This document shows, piece after piece, positions 9,323 to 18,079 of a DNA stretch of 39,641 nt. Under the pieces are notes generated by a model. The model was given only the letters and a program-made list of their open reading frames with translations, searched no databases and was not told the origin of the DNA. The translations under genes and the position numbers were made by a program. Origin of the DNA: Eubacteriales bacterium (GTDB taxonomy: Bacteria; Bacillota; Clostridia; Oscillospirales; CAG-272); the NCBI GenBank assembly GCA_045660565.1, contig JAZRDX010000180.1, positions 1-39,641 of the forward strand. Reading direction: 5' to 3'. How positions within the stretch are numbered: the first letter of the stretch is position 1; each line of letters starts with the position of its first letter.

Positions 9323-9368
9323 AAAAGAGAGAACCTATCGGTTTAAAGCCGAAAGGTTCCCTCTTTTT
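9323..9368. terminator. Bidirectional intrinsic terminator between convergent genes
   Basis: AAAAGAGAGAACCTATCGG..CCGAAAGGTTCCCTCTTTTT inverted repeat with A and T tails. Confidence 0.8.
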
Positions 9369-9385
9369 GTTTTGCCGATTGCTTT

Positions 9386-9643
9386 TTACAGCAGCTCCGC
9401 GATAAAATCACGTATGTCATTTTCGCTTGGCGAGCGTTTTATTACTTCGGACAGTATTTTCTCACCGACAGATTTAATTCTCGTAACGTCGTATACAAGC
9501 GTGGTTTTCGCCGCATCGCCTTCTGTTTTTACGGAGAGTATGGAATATACCGTGTTAAATACCGCGTTTTCGTTTTTGAAAACAGCGGGTGAGGCAATCA
9601 GCTGATACACCGCGACATCGGTCCCAATACATGTTTTACCCAT
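9386..9643 (-). CDS. Small hypothetical protein (85 aa), DUF6514-like
   Basis: ATG 9643 lies downstream of a good promoter and the gene ends at the terminator. The pattern YSI..YDVT..EKIL..SP..IRDFIAELL resembles DUF6514 (from recall, not searched). Confidence 0.6.
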   Translation of the reverse strand: MGKTCIGTDVAVYQLIASPAVFKNENAVFNTVYSILSVKTEGDAAKTTLVYDVTRIKSVGEKILSEVIKRSPSENDIRDFIAELL

Positions 9644-9708
9644 TTTAAATTTCCGTTCTGCCTTTCTTTTATGTTTCTTGCCCGTGGCAGCAAGTGTAGA
9701 GTGTGTCA

Positions 9709-9737
9709 ATTATATACCTTTGTACCCGTTTTTTCAA
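9709..9737 (-). promoter_or_regulatory. Sigma-A promoter for the small ORF
   Basis: Minus strand TTGAAA-17 nt-TATAAT. Confidence 0.65.
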
Positions 9738-10057
9738 GACGCAATAAAATTTATTTTTCAGATGTGAAAGCTAATACTGAATAGATTTGTGTATAAATAT
9801 TCCTTAAATGTTAATAATTGTTTGATAAATGAAAAATGAACAGTGAAAAATAGCATTAAAAGCTCGGGAAAAAGTGAATTTTTACGAATGTTGATTTTAT
9901 AAATATGCAAAATCAGAGGATTTATGATATTATATTCTTTTTTGCGGCGAAAAGGCGTATATTGCAGTAGCGCTAAACAAAAAAACGGGGAAAATTTTTC
10001 CCATTTTCTTTTACCGCTTCGGTTTCTAAAAAAATCCTTGCACTTTTAAAATTATAA

Positions 10058-10086
10058 TTGACAAAATATAAATTATACTGTATAAT
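10058..10086 (+). promoter_or_regulatory. Consensus sigma-A promoter of the aldose epimerase cluster
   Basis: TTGACA (10058-10063), 17 nt, TATAAT (10081-10086); RBS AAAGGAG downstream. Confidence 0.85.
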
Positions 10087-10124
10087 AAAATTACAATAAA
10101 ATAAACATTTAAAGGAGACGAAAA

Positions 10125-11000
10125 ATGATTTATACCATAGAAAACGATATTTTAAAGGTAGACGTGTCCGATATGGGCGCGGAGCTTCAGAGCATTGTGC
10201 TTAAAGCTGATAAAACAGAGTACCTCTGGCAGGGAAATCCCGAATTCTGGGCGGGCAGAGCATCAAACCTTTTCCCGATCTGCGGACGCCTTACCGACGG
10301 TAAATATACATACAAGGGTAAAACCTACGAAATGAATCTCCACGGATTCGCAAGACACAGCGTTTTTGCCGCGGAGAAGCTTTCGGATACAGAGCTTAAG
10401 TTTACTCTTACGTCGAGCGAAGAGCTTAAGGCACAGTACCCCTTTGATTTTATTTTCTCGGTAACGTATACGCTTGACGGCAACGGAATTAATTGCCGCT
10501 ACGACGTTAAAAACACCGGTGCAGACGTTATGTATTTCGGTCTCGGAGGACACCCGGGATATAACGTTCCGCTTACCGAGGGCGAAAAATTCGAGGACTA
10601 CTATCTTGAATTTGACTGCGTAAAGCCTATGAAGCTTGTATGCATGTCTCCGCTGTTCTATCTCGGAAAGACCGAGCCCTATCCGCTTAAGGACGGAAAA
10701 ATTATCGACCTTGACCACGGTCTTTTCTCCGAGGACGCGCGTTTCTTTACCGATATGTGCGGCTACGTAACGCTTAAGAGCAGAAAGAGCGAAAAGTTTG
10801 TACGTATGGAATACCCGAATATGAAATTCCTCGGCATCTGGCATAAGCCGCAGACAACCGCGCCGTATATCTGCATTGAGCCGTGGACGTCTCTTCCGTC
10901 TTATGACGGAAAGGTTGACGACCTTGAAACCAAGAACGAAATGACCGTTCTCGGCGCAGGCGAAAGCTACAATAACTGGTTTAAAGTAATTATAGGCTGA
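10125..11000 (+). CDS. Aldose 1-epimerase family protein (LacX-like)
   Basis: GAELQSI, EYLWQG..FW..LFPICGRL, HGFAR, YPFDF, GGHPGYN, YICIEPW. Confidence 0.9.
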   Translation: MIYTIENDILKVDVSDMGAELQSIVLKADKTEYLWQGNPEFWAGRASNLFPICGRLTDGKYTYKGKTYEMNLHGFARHSVFAAEKLSDTELKFTLTSSEELKAQYPFDFIFSVTYTLDGNGINCRYDVKNTGADVMYFGLGGHPGYNVPLTEGEKFEDYYLEFDCVKPMKLVCMSPLFYLGKTEPYPLKDGKIIDLDHGLFSEDARFFTDMCGYVTLKSRKSEKFVRMEYPNMKFLGIWHKPQTTAPYICIEPWTSLPSYDGKVDDLETKNEMTVLGAGESYNNWFKVIIG

Positions 11001-11041
11001 CGGGCGACGTATATCGCGTTAAAAGAAAGGATATTAAACCA

Positions 11042-11566
11042 ATGGGACTGTTTGTACCCGATTTTTACTACGACACAATATATGACGTAACTCCTGAGCT
11101 TCTTTTAAAAAGAGGAGTTAAGGGTATAATTCTCGATATAGACAATACGCTCGTTCCGTACGAGATACCTGAACCGACCGAGGAGGTTCGCGGTTGGCTT
11201 ACGCTTATGACGGATAACGGAATGAAGATTGCGTTTGTCTCCAATAATCATGCGCCGCGTGTTGAGCTTTTCAATAAAACGTTGTCCTTCCCCGCGTTTC
11301 CCGACAGCGGAAAGCCTCTGAAAAAAAGCTGCCTTAAAGCGCTTGCCGCTATGGAATGTAAGCCGGAGGAGGTAGCCCTTATCGGAGATCAGGTTTTCAC
11401 CGACGTGCTGGCGGGAAAAATAGCGAAAATGAATACCACGGTGCTTGTAAAACCGATAAAGGATAAGAAAAATCTCTTTTTCCGCTTTAAAAGACTTCTT
11501 GAAAAGCCGGTTATCCGTACATATAATCGCAGAGAGAAGAAAAGACGGGAAGGCGGTAACGGATAA
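11042..11566 (+). CDS. yqeG: YqeG-family HAD IIIA phosphatase
   Basis: LDIDNTLV, VSNN, KP, IGDQVFTDVLAG. Confidence 0.88.
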   Translation: MGLFVPDFYYDTIYDVTPELLLKRGVKGIILDIDNTLVPYEIPEPTEEVRGWLTLMTDNGMKIAFVSNNHAPRVELFNKTLSFPAFPDSGKPLKKSCLKALAAMECKPEEVALIGDQVFTDVLAGKIAKMNTTVLVKPIKDKKNLFFRFKRLLEKPVIRTYNRREKKRREGGNG

Positions 11567-12414
11567 TGGCGGCAACGTTTGGCCCCGCGGGCAACAGCGT
11601 AAGCTTTTACGAGGCAGGAAACAAAAGTACCCTGCAGGCCCCGAAATGGATAAAGGAGTTCGGTCTTGACGCATATGAATATCAGTGCGGTCAGGGTGTA
11701 AGAGGCAGCGACGAGAGCTTTATTAAGCTCGGAGACGAAGCGAAGAAATACGGTATAGAGCTTTCGCTCCACGCCCCGTACTTTATCTCACTTTCGGGAA
11801 TCGAAGAAGAAAAGCGACTGAAAAGTCTTGACTATATCAAGCAGTCGGTTCACGCGGCAGAGCTTATGGGTGCGACGAAAATAGTAATTCATACCGGCTC
11901 GGCTGCCAAGATCTCAAGAGAAGAAGCCGTGCGTCTTGCAAAGGATACTATGTACAGAACGCTTGAGGCTATTCCCGACACACCGGTTAAGCTCGGTCTT
12001 GAAACTATGGGAAAGATAAATCAGCTCGGCACACTTGACGAGGTTATTGATATTTGCGGTATTGACAAAAGACTGTACCCTGTGGTCGACTTCGGTCATC
12101 TTAACGCAAGAGAGTGCGGAGGGGTGTTTCTTACCTCAGACGACTACAAAAGAGTGTTTGATAAAATAACCGAGGGCCTGGGAGCCGAATACGCAGATAC
12201 GCTTCACTGTCATTTTTCGAAGATTGAGTACACGGGTGCGGGTGAAAAGAAGCACCTTACGTTTGCCGATACCGTTTACGGGCCGGAGTTTGAGCCCCTT
12301 GCGGAGGTTCTGGCAAAGGAAGGATATTCTCCGAGAATAATCTGTGAGTCGGACGGAACTATGGCGGAGGACGCACTTGCTATGAAGAAAATGTACGGCG
12401 CGGCGCTCGGATAA
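11566..12414 (+). CDS. Endonuclease IV-like TIM-barrel protein (AP endonuclease 2 family)
   Basis: FGPAG, HAPYFI, IHTG, LETMGK, DFGH, HCHFS, KKH, ICES metal ligands; translationally coupled to yqeG (TAATG). Confidence 0.8.
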   Translation: MAATFGPAGNSVSFYEAGNKSTLQAPKWIKEFGLDAYEYQCGQGVRGSDESFIKLGDEAKKYGIELSLHAPYFISLSGIEEEKRLKSLDYIKQSVHAAELMGATKIVIHTGSAAKISREEAVRLAKDTMYRTLEAIPDTPVKLGLETMGKINQLGTLDEVIDICGIDKRLYPVVDFGHLNARECGGVFLTSDDYKRVFDKITEGLGAEYADTLHCHFSKIEYTGAGEKKHLTFADTVYGPEFEPLAEVLAKEGYSPRIICESDGTMAEDALAMKKMYGAALG

Positions 12415-12430
12415 AGGGTGTCAAAAAATG

Positions 12431-12605
12431 CGGACCGTTCTGGATAACGAACTGAAGTTCGTGCGGTCCCTACAAATTTCGTAGGGGAGTGCCTTGGTGC
12501 TCCCGAACGTAAAGCACCGTTAAATCGGTAGGGGAGCGCCCTGATTCTTACGTTCACACCCATGTAGCAGTATGCTTTCTTTCGTAGGGTGAGGGTAACC
12601 CTCAC
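12431..12605. repeat. Cluster of GTAG-type REP-like palindromes
   Basis: Reverse GTAGGGACCG..CGGTCCG (12431-12473); GTAGGGGAG..CTCCC (12481-12504); partial copy at 12528; GTAGG-GTGAGGG-TAA-CCCTCAC (12584-12605). Confidence 0.75.
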
Positions 12606-12664
12606 GAATCTGGGTTTTAAAAATAATTAATCGGCGAGAGCCGTAAAATCAAAAGGAGAAAGTT

Positions 12665-14050
12665 ATGATAGCAGCAATAGTAATCGCAGCAGTAGCACTT
12701 ATCGCGCTTCTCGTTCTCGGATATATGAAGGCGCCGCCGGATACGGCATACATCATTTCGGGACTCGGAAAGCGCCGTACGCTTATAGGTAAAGCGGGCT
12801 GGAGAATACCCTTCCTTACACGTATAGATAAGCTTTCACTTCGCGTAATGCAGGTTGACGTTAAGACGTCCGAAGCGGTTCCGACCAGCGAGTTTATCAA
12901 CGTAACCGTCGATGGCGTTGCGAACATAAAGATTTCATCCGATCCCGTTCTTCTTGAAAGAGCGGCAGAGACACTTCTCGGAATGAGACGCGAGGAGATG
13001 ATATTCCTTGTAACTCAGGTTCTTGAGGGTAACATGAGAGAAATTGTCGGTTCCGTAGGACTTAAAGAGATGGTTCAGGACAGACAGGGTGTTGCAAAAA
13101 AGATTACCGAGAACGTTCTTCCCGATATGGAAAAGCTCGGTATTGAGGTTGTAAACTTCAATATTCAGAACTTTAAGGACGGTGCGGGAACCATTGAAAA
13201 CATGGGTATCGACAACGTTGAGCAGATCCGTAAGACCGCGCAGATAGCAAAGGCGAACGCGCAGAGAGATATTGCGATAGCTACCGCAAAGGCGCAGGAG
13301 GAGTCCAACGCCGTAAGAGTTCAGTCCGAAAAGCTTATTGCCGAGCAGGATGCCGACCTTGAGGTCCAGAAGGCTGAAATGAAGGTAAGAGCCGATACAA
13401 AGAGAGCGGAGGCTGACGCCGCGTACAGTATTCAGCAGGAAAGCCAGCGCAGAACCATTGAGATAACCAAGGCAGACGCTGATATAGCAAGAAGAGAAAA
13501 GGAAACCGAGCTTGCCGAGAAGGAAATAGCTATTCAGGAAAGAAAGCTTGACGCGGAGGTCAGAAAGCAGGCTGACGCTATGAAGTATAAGACCGAAAAG
13601 GAAGCGGAGGCACTCCTTATCAAGAGACAGAGAGAGGCTGAGGCAAATACCTTCGAGGCAATAAAGGAAGCAGAGGCTAAAAAGGCGGAAGCGGAAGCGC
13701 TCAGATACGCTATGGAGCAGGAGGCTGAGGGTATCCGCGCCAAGGGACTTGCCGAGGCTGAGGCTATCGAGAAGAAGGCGGAGGCTCAGAGAAAGATGGG
13801 CGAAGCGTCCGTTATTGAAATGTACCTTAACGCGCTCCCCGAGGTTGTACGTAATGCCGCGACACCGCTTGCACAGACCGATAAGATAGTAATGTACGGC
13901 GACGGTAACTCCACAAAGCTTGTTAAGGACGTAATGAACAGCGCAGGACAGATTATGGAAGGAATGAAGGAGTCTACCGGAATAGACCTTCAGGAAATGC
14001 TTTCGGGAATATTAAAGAGGAAGGACGCGGCTCCCGAAAACAAGGAATAA
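12665..14050 (+). CDS. Flotillin/SPFH domain membrane protein
   Basis: N-terminal TM helix, SPFH core (VLEGNMREIVG..DMEKLGIEVVNFNIQ), Ala/Glu-rich coiled coil with AEAE repeats, PLAQTDKIVM. Confidence 0.92.
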   Translation: MIAAIVIAAVALIALLVLGYMKAPPDTAYIISGLGKRRTLIGKAGWRIPFLTRIDKLSLRVMQVDVKTSEAVPTSEFINVTVDGVANIKISSDPVLLERAAETLLGMRREEMIFLVTQVLEGNMREIVGSVGLKEMVQDRQGVAKKITENVLPDMEKLGIEVVNFNIQNFKDGAGTIENMGIDNVEQIRKTAQIAKANAQRDIAIATAKAQEESNAVRVQSEKLIAEQDADLEVQKAEMKVRADTKRAEADAAYSIQQESQRRTIEITKADADIARREKETELAEKEIAIQERKLDAEVRKQADAMKYKTEKEAEALLIKRQREAEANTFEAIKEAEAKKAEAEALRYAMEQEAEGIRAKGLAEAEAIEKKAEAQRKMGEASVIEMYLNALPEVVRNAATPLAQTDKIVMYGDGNSTKLVKDVMNSAGQIMEGMKESTGIDLQEMLSGILKRKDAAPENKE

Positions 14051-14095
14051 TCGGACACACGGCTAAAACCGAAAAATTTTAATAAAACAGTCGGC

Positions 14096-14129
14096 TTGCC
14101 GCGACGGATAAGTGGCGGCAAACTTTTTT
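14096..14129 (+). terminator. Probable terminator after flotillin
   Basis: TTGCCGC..GCGGCAA stem followed by ACTTTTTT. Confidence 0.55.
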
Positions 14130-14218
14130 CGGTGAGACCTTTCGGACGTATCAAAGCCGAAAAAGCGGTTCGGAACCGAATTTTATTCTGTAAAAAAATT
14201 TTAAAAGGGTAATGCATT

Positions 14219-15274
14219 ATGACAAGACTTGATGCCTTCAGGGCGAAAATGCCAAATGATATTGACGTAGCTCTTATTACCGACGAGCTTAATAACAGAT
14301 ACTTAAGCGGAGTTGATTACACGGACGGATTTCTGCTTATAACACGCGAAAGCGCATACCTCTTTGCCGACAGCAGATATATCGAGGTAGCTAAAAATAC
14401 CGCCGGAGAGGGCTTTGAGGTAATGCTTCTTTCGGGTAAAAAAAGCTCGCTTATAAAGCCGCTTATCGAAAAGGGGGCGGCTATCGGATACGAAAACTTC
14501 AGTATGACCGTTTCAACGCTGGAGAGTTATAAAACCGCTATGCGCGGATATCGTTTTAAGCCGCTCGGAAGAATAACCGAGGAGCTTCGTAATTTTAAGG
14601 ACGAGGAAGAGAAGAATTTTGTAATCAAGGCACAGCGTATAGCGGAAAAGGCGCTTAGCGAGGTTCTCGGAATGATTTCAACCGATATGCTCGAAGCCGA
14701 CCTTGCGCTTGAACTGGAATACCGTATGCGCAAAAACGGCGCTGACGGTATAGCGTTTGACACGATTGCGGTGTCGGGCGCCCATTCGTCAATGCCACAC
14801 GGAGTTCCGGAAAGAAGAAAGATACAAAAGGGATTTCTTACGATGGATTTCGGAGCAAAATTTAACGGCTACTGCTCGGATATGACGAGAACCGTTTGCG
14901 TAGGCACACCTACCGACGAAATGAAACATATATACGAGACCGTTTTAAAGGCACAGAAAGAGGCTATCGAGTTTATTGCTGCGGGAAAAAAATGCGCCGA
15001 TGCGGATAAGGTAGCGAGAGATATTATAAATAACGCCGGATATAAGGGCTGCTTTTCACATAGCCTCGGACACGGGGTGGGACTTTATATTCACGAGCCT
15101 ATCTCACTTTCTCCGTTTTCGGAGGGAGTGCTTCAAAAGGGAAATATAGTTACTGTGGAGCCGGGAATTTATATCGAGGGCGAGTGCGGTGTCAGAATAG
15201 AGGATATGGTGTACGTTACCGAAAACGGTAATGAAAACCTGACGCGCTTTAACAAAGAGCTTATTATTATTTAA
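14219..15274 (+). CDS. Xaa-Pro aminopeptidase (M24B)
   Basis: Creatinase-type N domain (DSRY), PHG, MDFGA..YCSDMTRT, HSLGHGVGLYIHE, TVEPGIY, GVRIED. Confidence 0.93.
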   Translation: MTRLDAFRAKMPNDIDVALITDELNNRYLSGVDYTDGFLLITRESAYLFADSRYIEVAKNTAGEGFEVMLLSGKKSSLIKPLIEKGAAIGYENFSMTVSTLESYKTAMRGYRFKPLGRITEELRNFKDEEEKNFVIKAQRIAEKALSEVLGMISTDMLEADLALELEYRMRKNGADGIAFDTIAVSGAHSSMPHGVPERRKIQKGFLTMDFGAKFNGYCSDMTRTVCVGTPTDEMKHIYETVLKAQKEAIEFIAAGKKCADADKVARDIINNAGYKGCFSHSLGHGVGLYIHEPISLSPFSEGVLQKGNIVTVEPGIYIEGECGVRIEDMVYVTENGNENLTRFNKELIII

Positions 15275-15291
15275 AAAGTGAGGGCGAAATA

Positions 15292-17160
15292 ATGAAATTT
15301 AAAACAGCGGAAATAGGTCAGCTTATAACCCTTTCGGGAAGCTTTTCTCTGCCTACGGGTGCGCCCGAAATGCTTGACGGAGGAAGCTTTACCTATAAAA
15401 ACGACGTTATTGCCGTTACGTCGGAGCAGAAAAAACACGCCTCGGGTGTTACGGTAAGACGGGATACGTTAAAAAACGTTTCGGATAACCCTATTAGCTT
15501 AAGAGCCGCGCTTTCAAAATTTACATTCAGCGGCGGCGAGTACGACGTCTATACCCAGTACAGCCAGTGGTGCTCGGAAAGTAACGGTAGGTGGCAGGAG
15601 CTTAATACCGAGATCGCGGTAGGAAACGCCGATATGCGCGGTAACGCCGGCTCTGCTCCGTTTGTCGCGGTTTTCAATAAACAGAACGGCAGAGGCGTAG
15701 CCTTTCATATACTTGCGGATTCAACGTTTGAAATAAGAGTAAGACGCGAGTTCCGTCAGTGTAGGGGGTGGATAAAAAACGTAACGGTCGAGCTTGGAAC
15801 ACGCGAAAGAGGACTTGACTGTACCGTAGCTTCCGGCGAGACGTTTACCTTGCCCGAAATACTTTTCTACGAATTTGAGAATAAAACAGATATGGCGGCA
15901 TATAAGCTTCACCGCTACTTTAACGACGTTTATCCCGCCCGCTCTCTTCCCATTGTATATAATACGTGGCTCAGCAGACTTGACAATATAAGCTACGAAC
16001 TTCTTTCCGAGCAGCTTGAAAAGGCAAAATATATCGAAGCTGAGTATTTCGTTATTGATGCGGGCTGGTTCGGTGAGCCGGGAAAGTGGTACGATTCCGT
16101 AGGAGATTGGTCGGAGTGTACCACCGCTTCGATGAAGGGAAGAATGAAGGAGTTTGCCGACAAGGTAAGAGAAAACGGACTTAAGTTCGGGCTTTGGTTT
16201 GAAATTGAGCGTGCCTCCCTTCAGTCAAAGGCTTATAAAACACACGCCGAGCACTATCTTGCGGAGGGCGGTAATGCCTACGTTAATTTTGCAAGTGAGG
16301 ATACCTGTAACTACATATTTAACATAATTTCCGAGCAGATAAGAAAATACGGTATAGAGTACATTAAATTCGACTATAACGGAGAGCTTACCTACGATCC
16401 GGAAAACCTTTCATTTATTAAATTTTTTAACGGCTATAACGGCTTCATTAAGCGTCTGCGCGCTTCCTTTCCGTCTCTCTACCTTGAAAACTGCGCAAGC
16501 GGAGGCCTCAGAATGGCTCTGCCCGTACTCAAAAACGGTTTTGATTCGGTATGGATAAGCGATAACCACAGCCTTTACGAGCAGCTCCGTATTTATAAGG
16601 ACACGGTACGCAGAATGCCGTCTCGCGCGATTGAACGCTGGATAACGGTGGCAAGTACCGAAATATCTACCGGAAAATATGACGGAAGCGGAAAATCGGA
16701 GAAGATTCTTGTCAGCGGAGACGGTGCGTGGGGACACGTTGAAGCGGTAAACGAAACGTATTTTAAGTCCTGCACGGTAGGCGGTCCTATCGGTGTTACC
16801 TGCGATCTTACCGAGTGCTCGGACAGTCTTATCGAGCTGCTTAAAAAACATATTGAAAATTATAAATCCGAAAGAGATTTCTGGAAGGCAAGCGAATGCC
16901 ATATCCTTTGCGATACAGAGACTATGCTCGCCCTTCAGTTCTGCGATAAAAATACCGACGTAGTTAAAATTTTTACGTATGCGGCTAAACCTATGCAGAC
17001 GGAAATAACGGTATATCCGTACGTTCAGGCAGGTAAGGTTTATAACAATGGCGGTTGCGAAATAACTGCCGAGGAGCTCTCCGAAAACGGAGTTACACTT
17101 TCTGTCGGAGATCGCTACTGTGCAAATGCTGTTGAATTTAAAAGTGTAAATAAAATGTAA
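15292..17160 (+). CDS. Glycoside hydrolase family 36 (alpha-galactosidase-like)
   Basis: YNTW, VIDAGWF, KFGLWFEIE, YIKFDYN (nucleophile), ENCASGGLR, WISD (acid/base). Confidence 0.85.
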   Translation: MKFKTAEIGQLITLSGSFSLPTGAPEMLDGGSFTYKNDVIAVTSEQKKHASGVTVRRDTLKNVSDNPISLRAALSKFTFSGGEYDVYTQYSQWCSESNGRWQELNTEIAVGNADMRGNAGSAPFVAVFNKQNGRGVAFHILADSTFEIRVRREFRQCRGWIKNVTVELGTRERGLDCTVASGETFTLPEILFYEFENKTDMAAYKLHRYFNDVYPARSLPIVYNTWLSRLDNISYELLSEQLEKAKYIEAEYFVIDAGWFGEPGKWYDSVGDWSECTTASMKGRMKEFADKVRENGLKFGLWFEIERASLQSKAYKTHAEHYLAEGGNAYVNFASEDTCNYIFNIISEQIRKYGIEYIKFDYNGELTYDPENLSFIKFFNGYNGFIKRLRASFPSLYLENCASGGLRMALPVLKNGFDSVWISDNHSLYEQLRIYKDTVRRMPSRAIERWITVASTEISTGKYDGSGKSEKILVSGDGAWGHVEAVNETYFKSCTVGGPIGVTCDLTECSDSLIELLKKHIENYKSERDFWKASECHILCDTETMLALQFCDKNTDVVKIFTYAAKPMQTEITVYPYVQAGKVYNNGGCEITAEELSENGVTLSVGDRYCANAVEFKSVNKM

Positions 17161-17176
17161 ACATTTCGCCTTGCTA

Positions 17177-17205
17177 TTGAAATTTCATTTTGAATATGGT
17201 ATTAT
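17177..17205 (+). promoter_or_regulatory. rpsB promoter
   Basis: TTGAAA-17 nt-TATTAT with a TG extension. Confidence 0.7.
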
Positions 17206-17219
17206 TAACAAGTATAAAA

Positions 17220-17280
17220 TCCACACATCTTGCGGCTTTTGGTGTAGCGAAAAGCTATGGAATATACGTGAGATGGCGGA
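17220..17280 (+). promoter_or_regulatory. rpsB (S2) autoregulatory leader RNA
   Basis: CCACAC start, CATCTTGCG/CGTGAGATG stem, internal GGTG and TAGC-GAAA-GCTA hairpin directly before the rpsB RBS. Confidence 0.7.
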
Positions 17281-17304
17281 AAAAACCAAAGGAGGACATG
17301 AAAA

Positions 17305-18024
17305 ATGTCAGTAATTTCTATTAAACAGCTGCTTGAAGCAGGCGTCCATTTCGGACATCACACCAGAAGATGGAACCCCAAAATGAAGGAGTACATCTTC
17401 ACCGAGCGTAACGGTATCTACATCATAGACCTTCAGAAAACCGTTAAGAAGTTTGAAGAAGCCTATATGTTCATGCGCGACGTATCCATCGAAAAAGGCA
17501 CAGCTCTCTTTGTAGGAACCAAGAAGCAGGCTGCCGATGCAATCAAGGAAGAGGCACAGCGCTGCGGAATGTACTACGTTAACAGCCGTTGGCCCGGCGG
17601 TATGCTCACCAACTTCAAGACCATAAAGAAGAGCATTGCTCGTCTCCACCAGATCGAGAAGATGGAAGAGGACGGAATTTTCGACGCTCTCACCAAGAAG
17701 GAAGTCTCCAAGCTCCTTAAGGAGAAGGCAGACCTTGAGAGAGACTACGGCGGAATCAAGGCTATGGAAACCCTTCCCTCCGTATTATTCATCGTTGACC
17801 CCCGCAAGGAAAAGCTCGCGGTTGCAGAGGCTAAGAGCCTTGGTATTCCGGTTGTTGCTATCGTTGACACCAACTGTGATCCCGACGACGCTGACTACGT
17901 AATTCCCGGTAATGACGACGCTATCAGAGCTATTAAGCTCATCGCTTCCATACTCGCTGATGCTATCATCGAGGGAAGACAGGGCGAGCAGACCGAGGAC
18001 GTAGCTGAAGAGACCGAGGAATAA
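17305..18024 (+). CDS. rpsB: 30S ribosomal protein S2
   Basis: [42 protein letters not shown]. Confidence 0.99.
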   Translation: MSVISIKQLLEAGVHFGHHTRRWNPKMKEYIFTERNGIYIIDLQKTVKKFEEAYMFMRDVSIEKGTALFVGTKKQAADAIKEEAQRCGMYYVNSRWPGGMLTNFKTIKKSIARLHQIEKMEEDGIFDALTKKEVSKLLKEKADLERDYGGIKAMETLPSVLFIVDPRKEKLAVAEAKSLGIPVVAIVDTNCDPDDADYVIPGNDDAIRAIKLIASILADAIIEGRQGEQTEDVAEETEE

Positions 18025-18079
18025 TTTTAAGCTTTCTTGCTAAAACGTTAATAAAACCAACAGATTGGAGAAAATAAAA

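Noticed and set aside
9740-10050. Long AT-rich intergenic region as a possible sRNA or origin
   Set aside because: It lies between divergent promoters; I saw no DnaA-box cluster, stable structure or terminator.
13230-13800. Repetitive GAGGC/GCGGA-rich DNA in the flotillin gene
   Set aside because: Explained by the Ala/Glu coiled coil.
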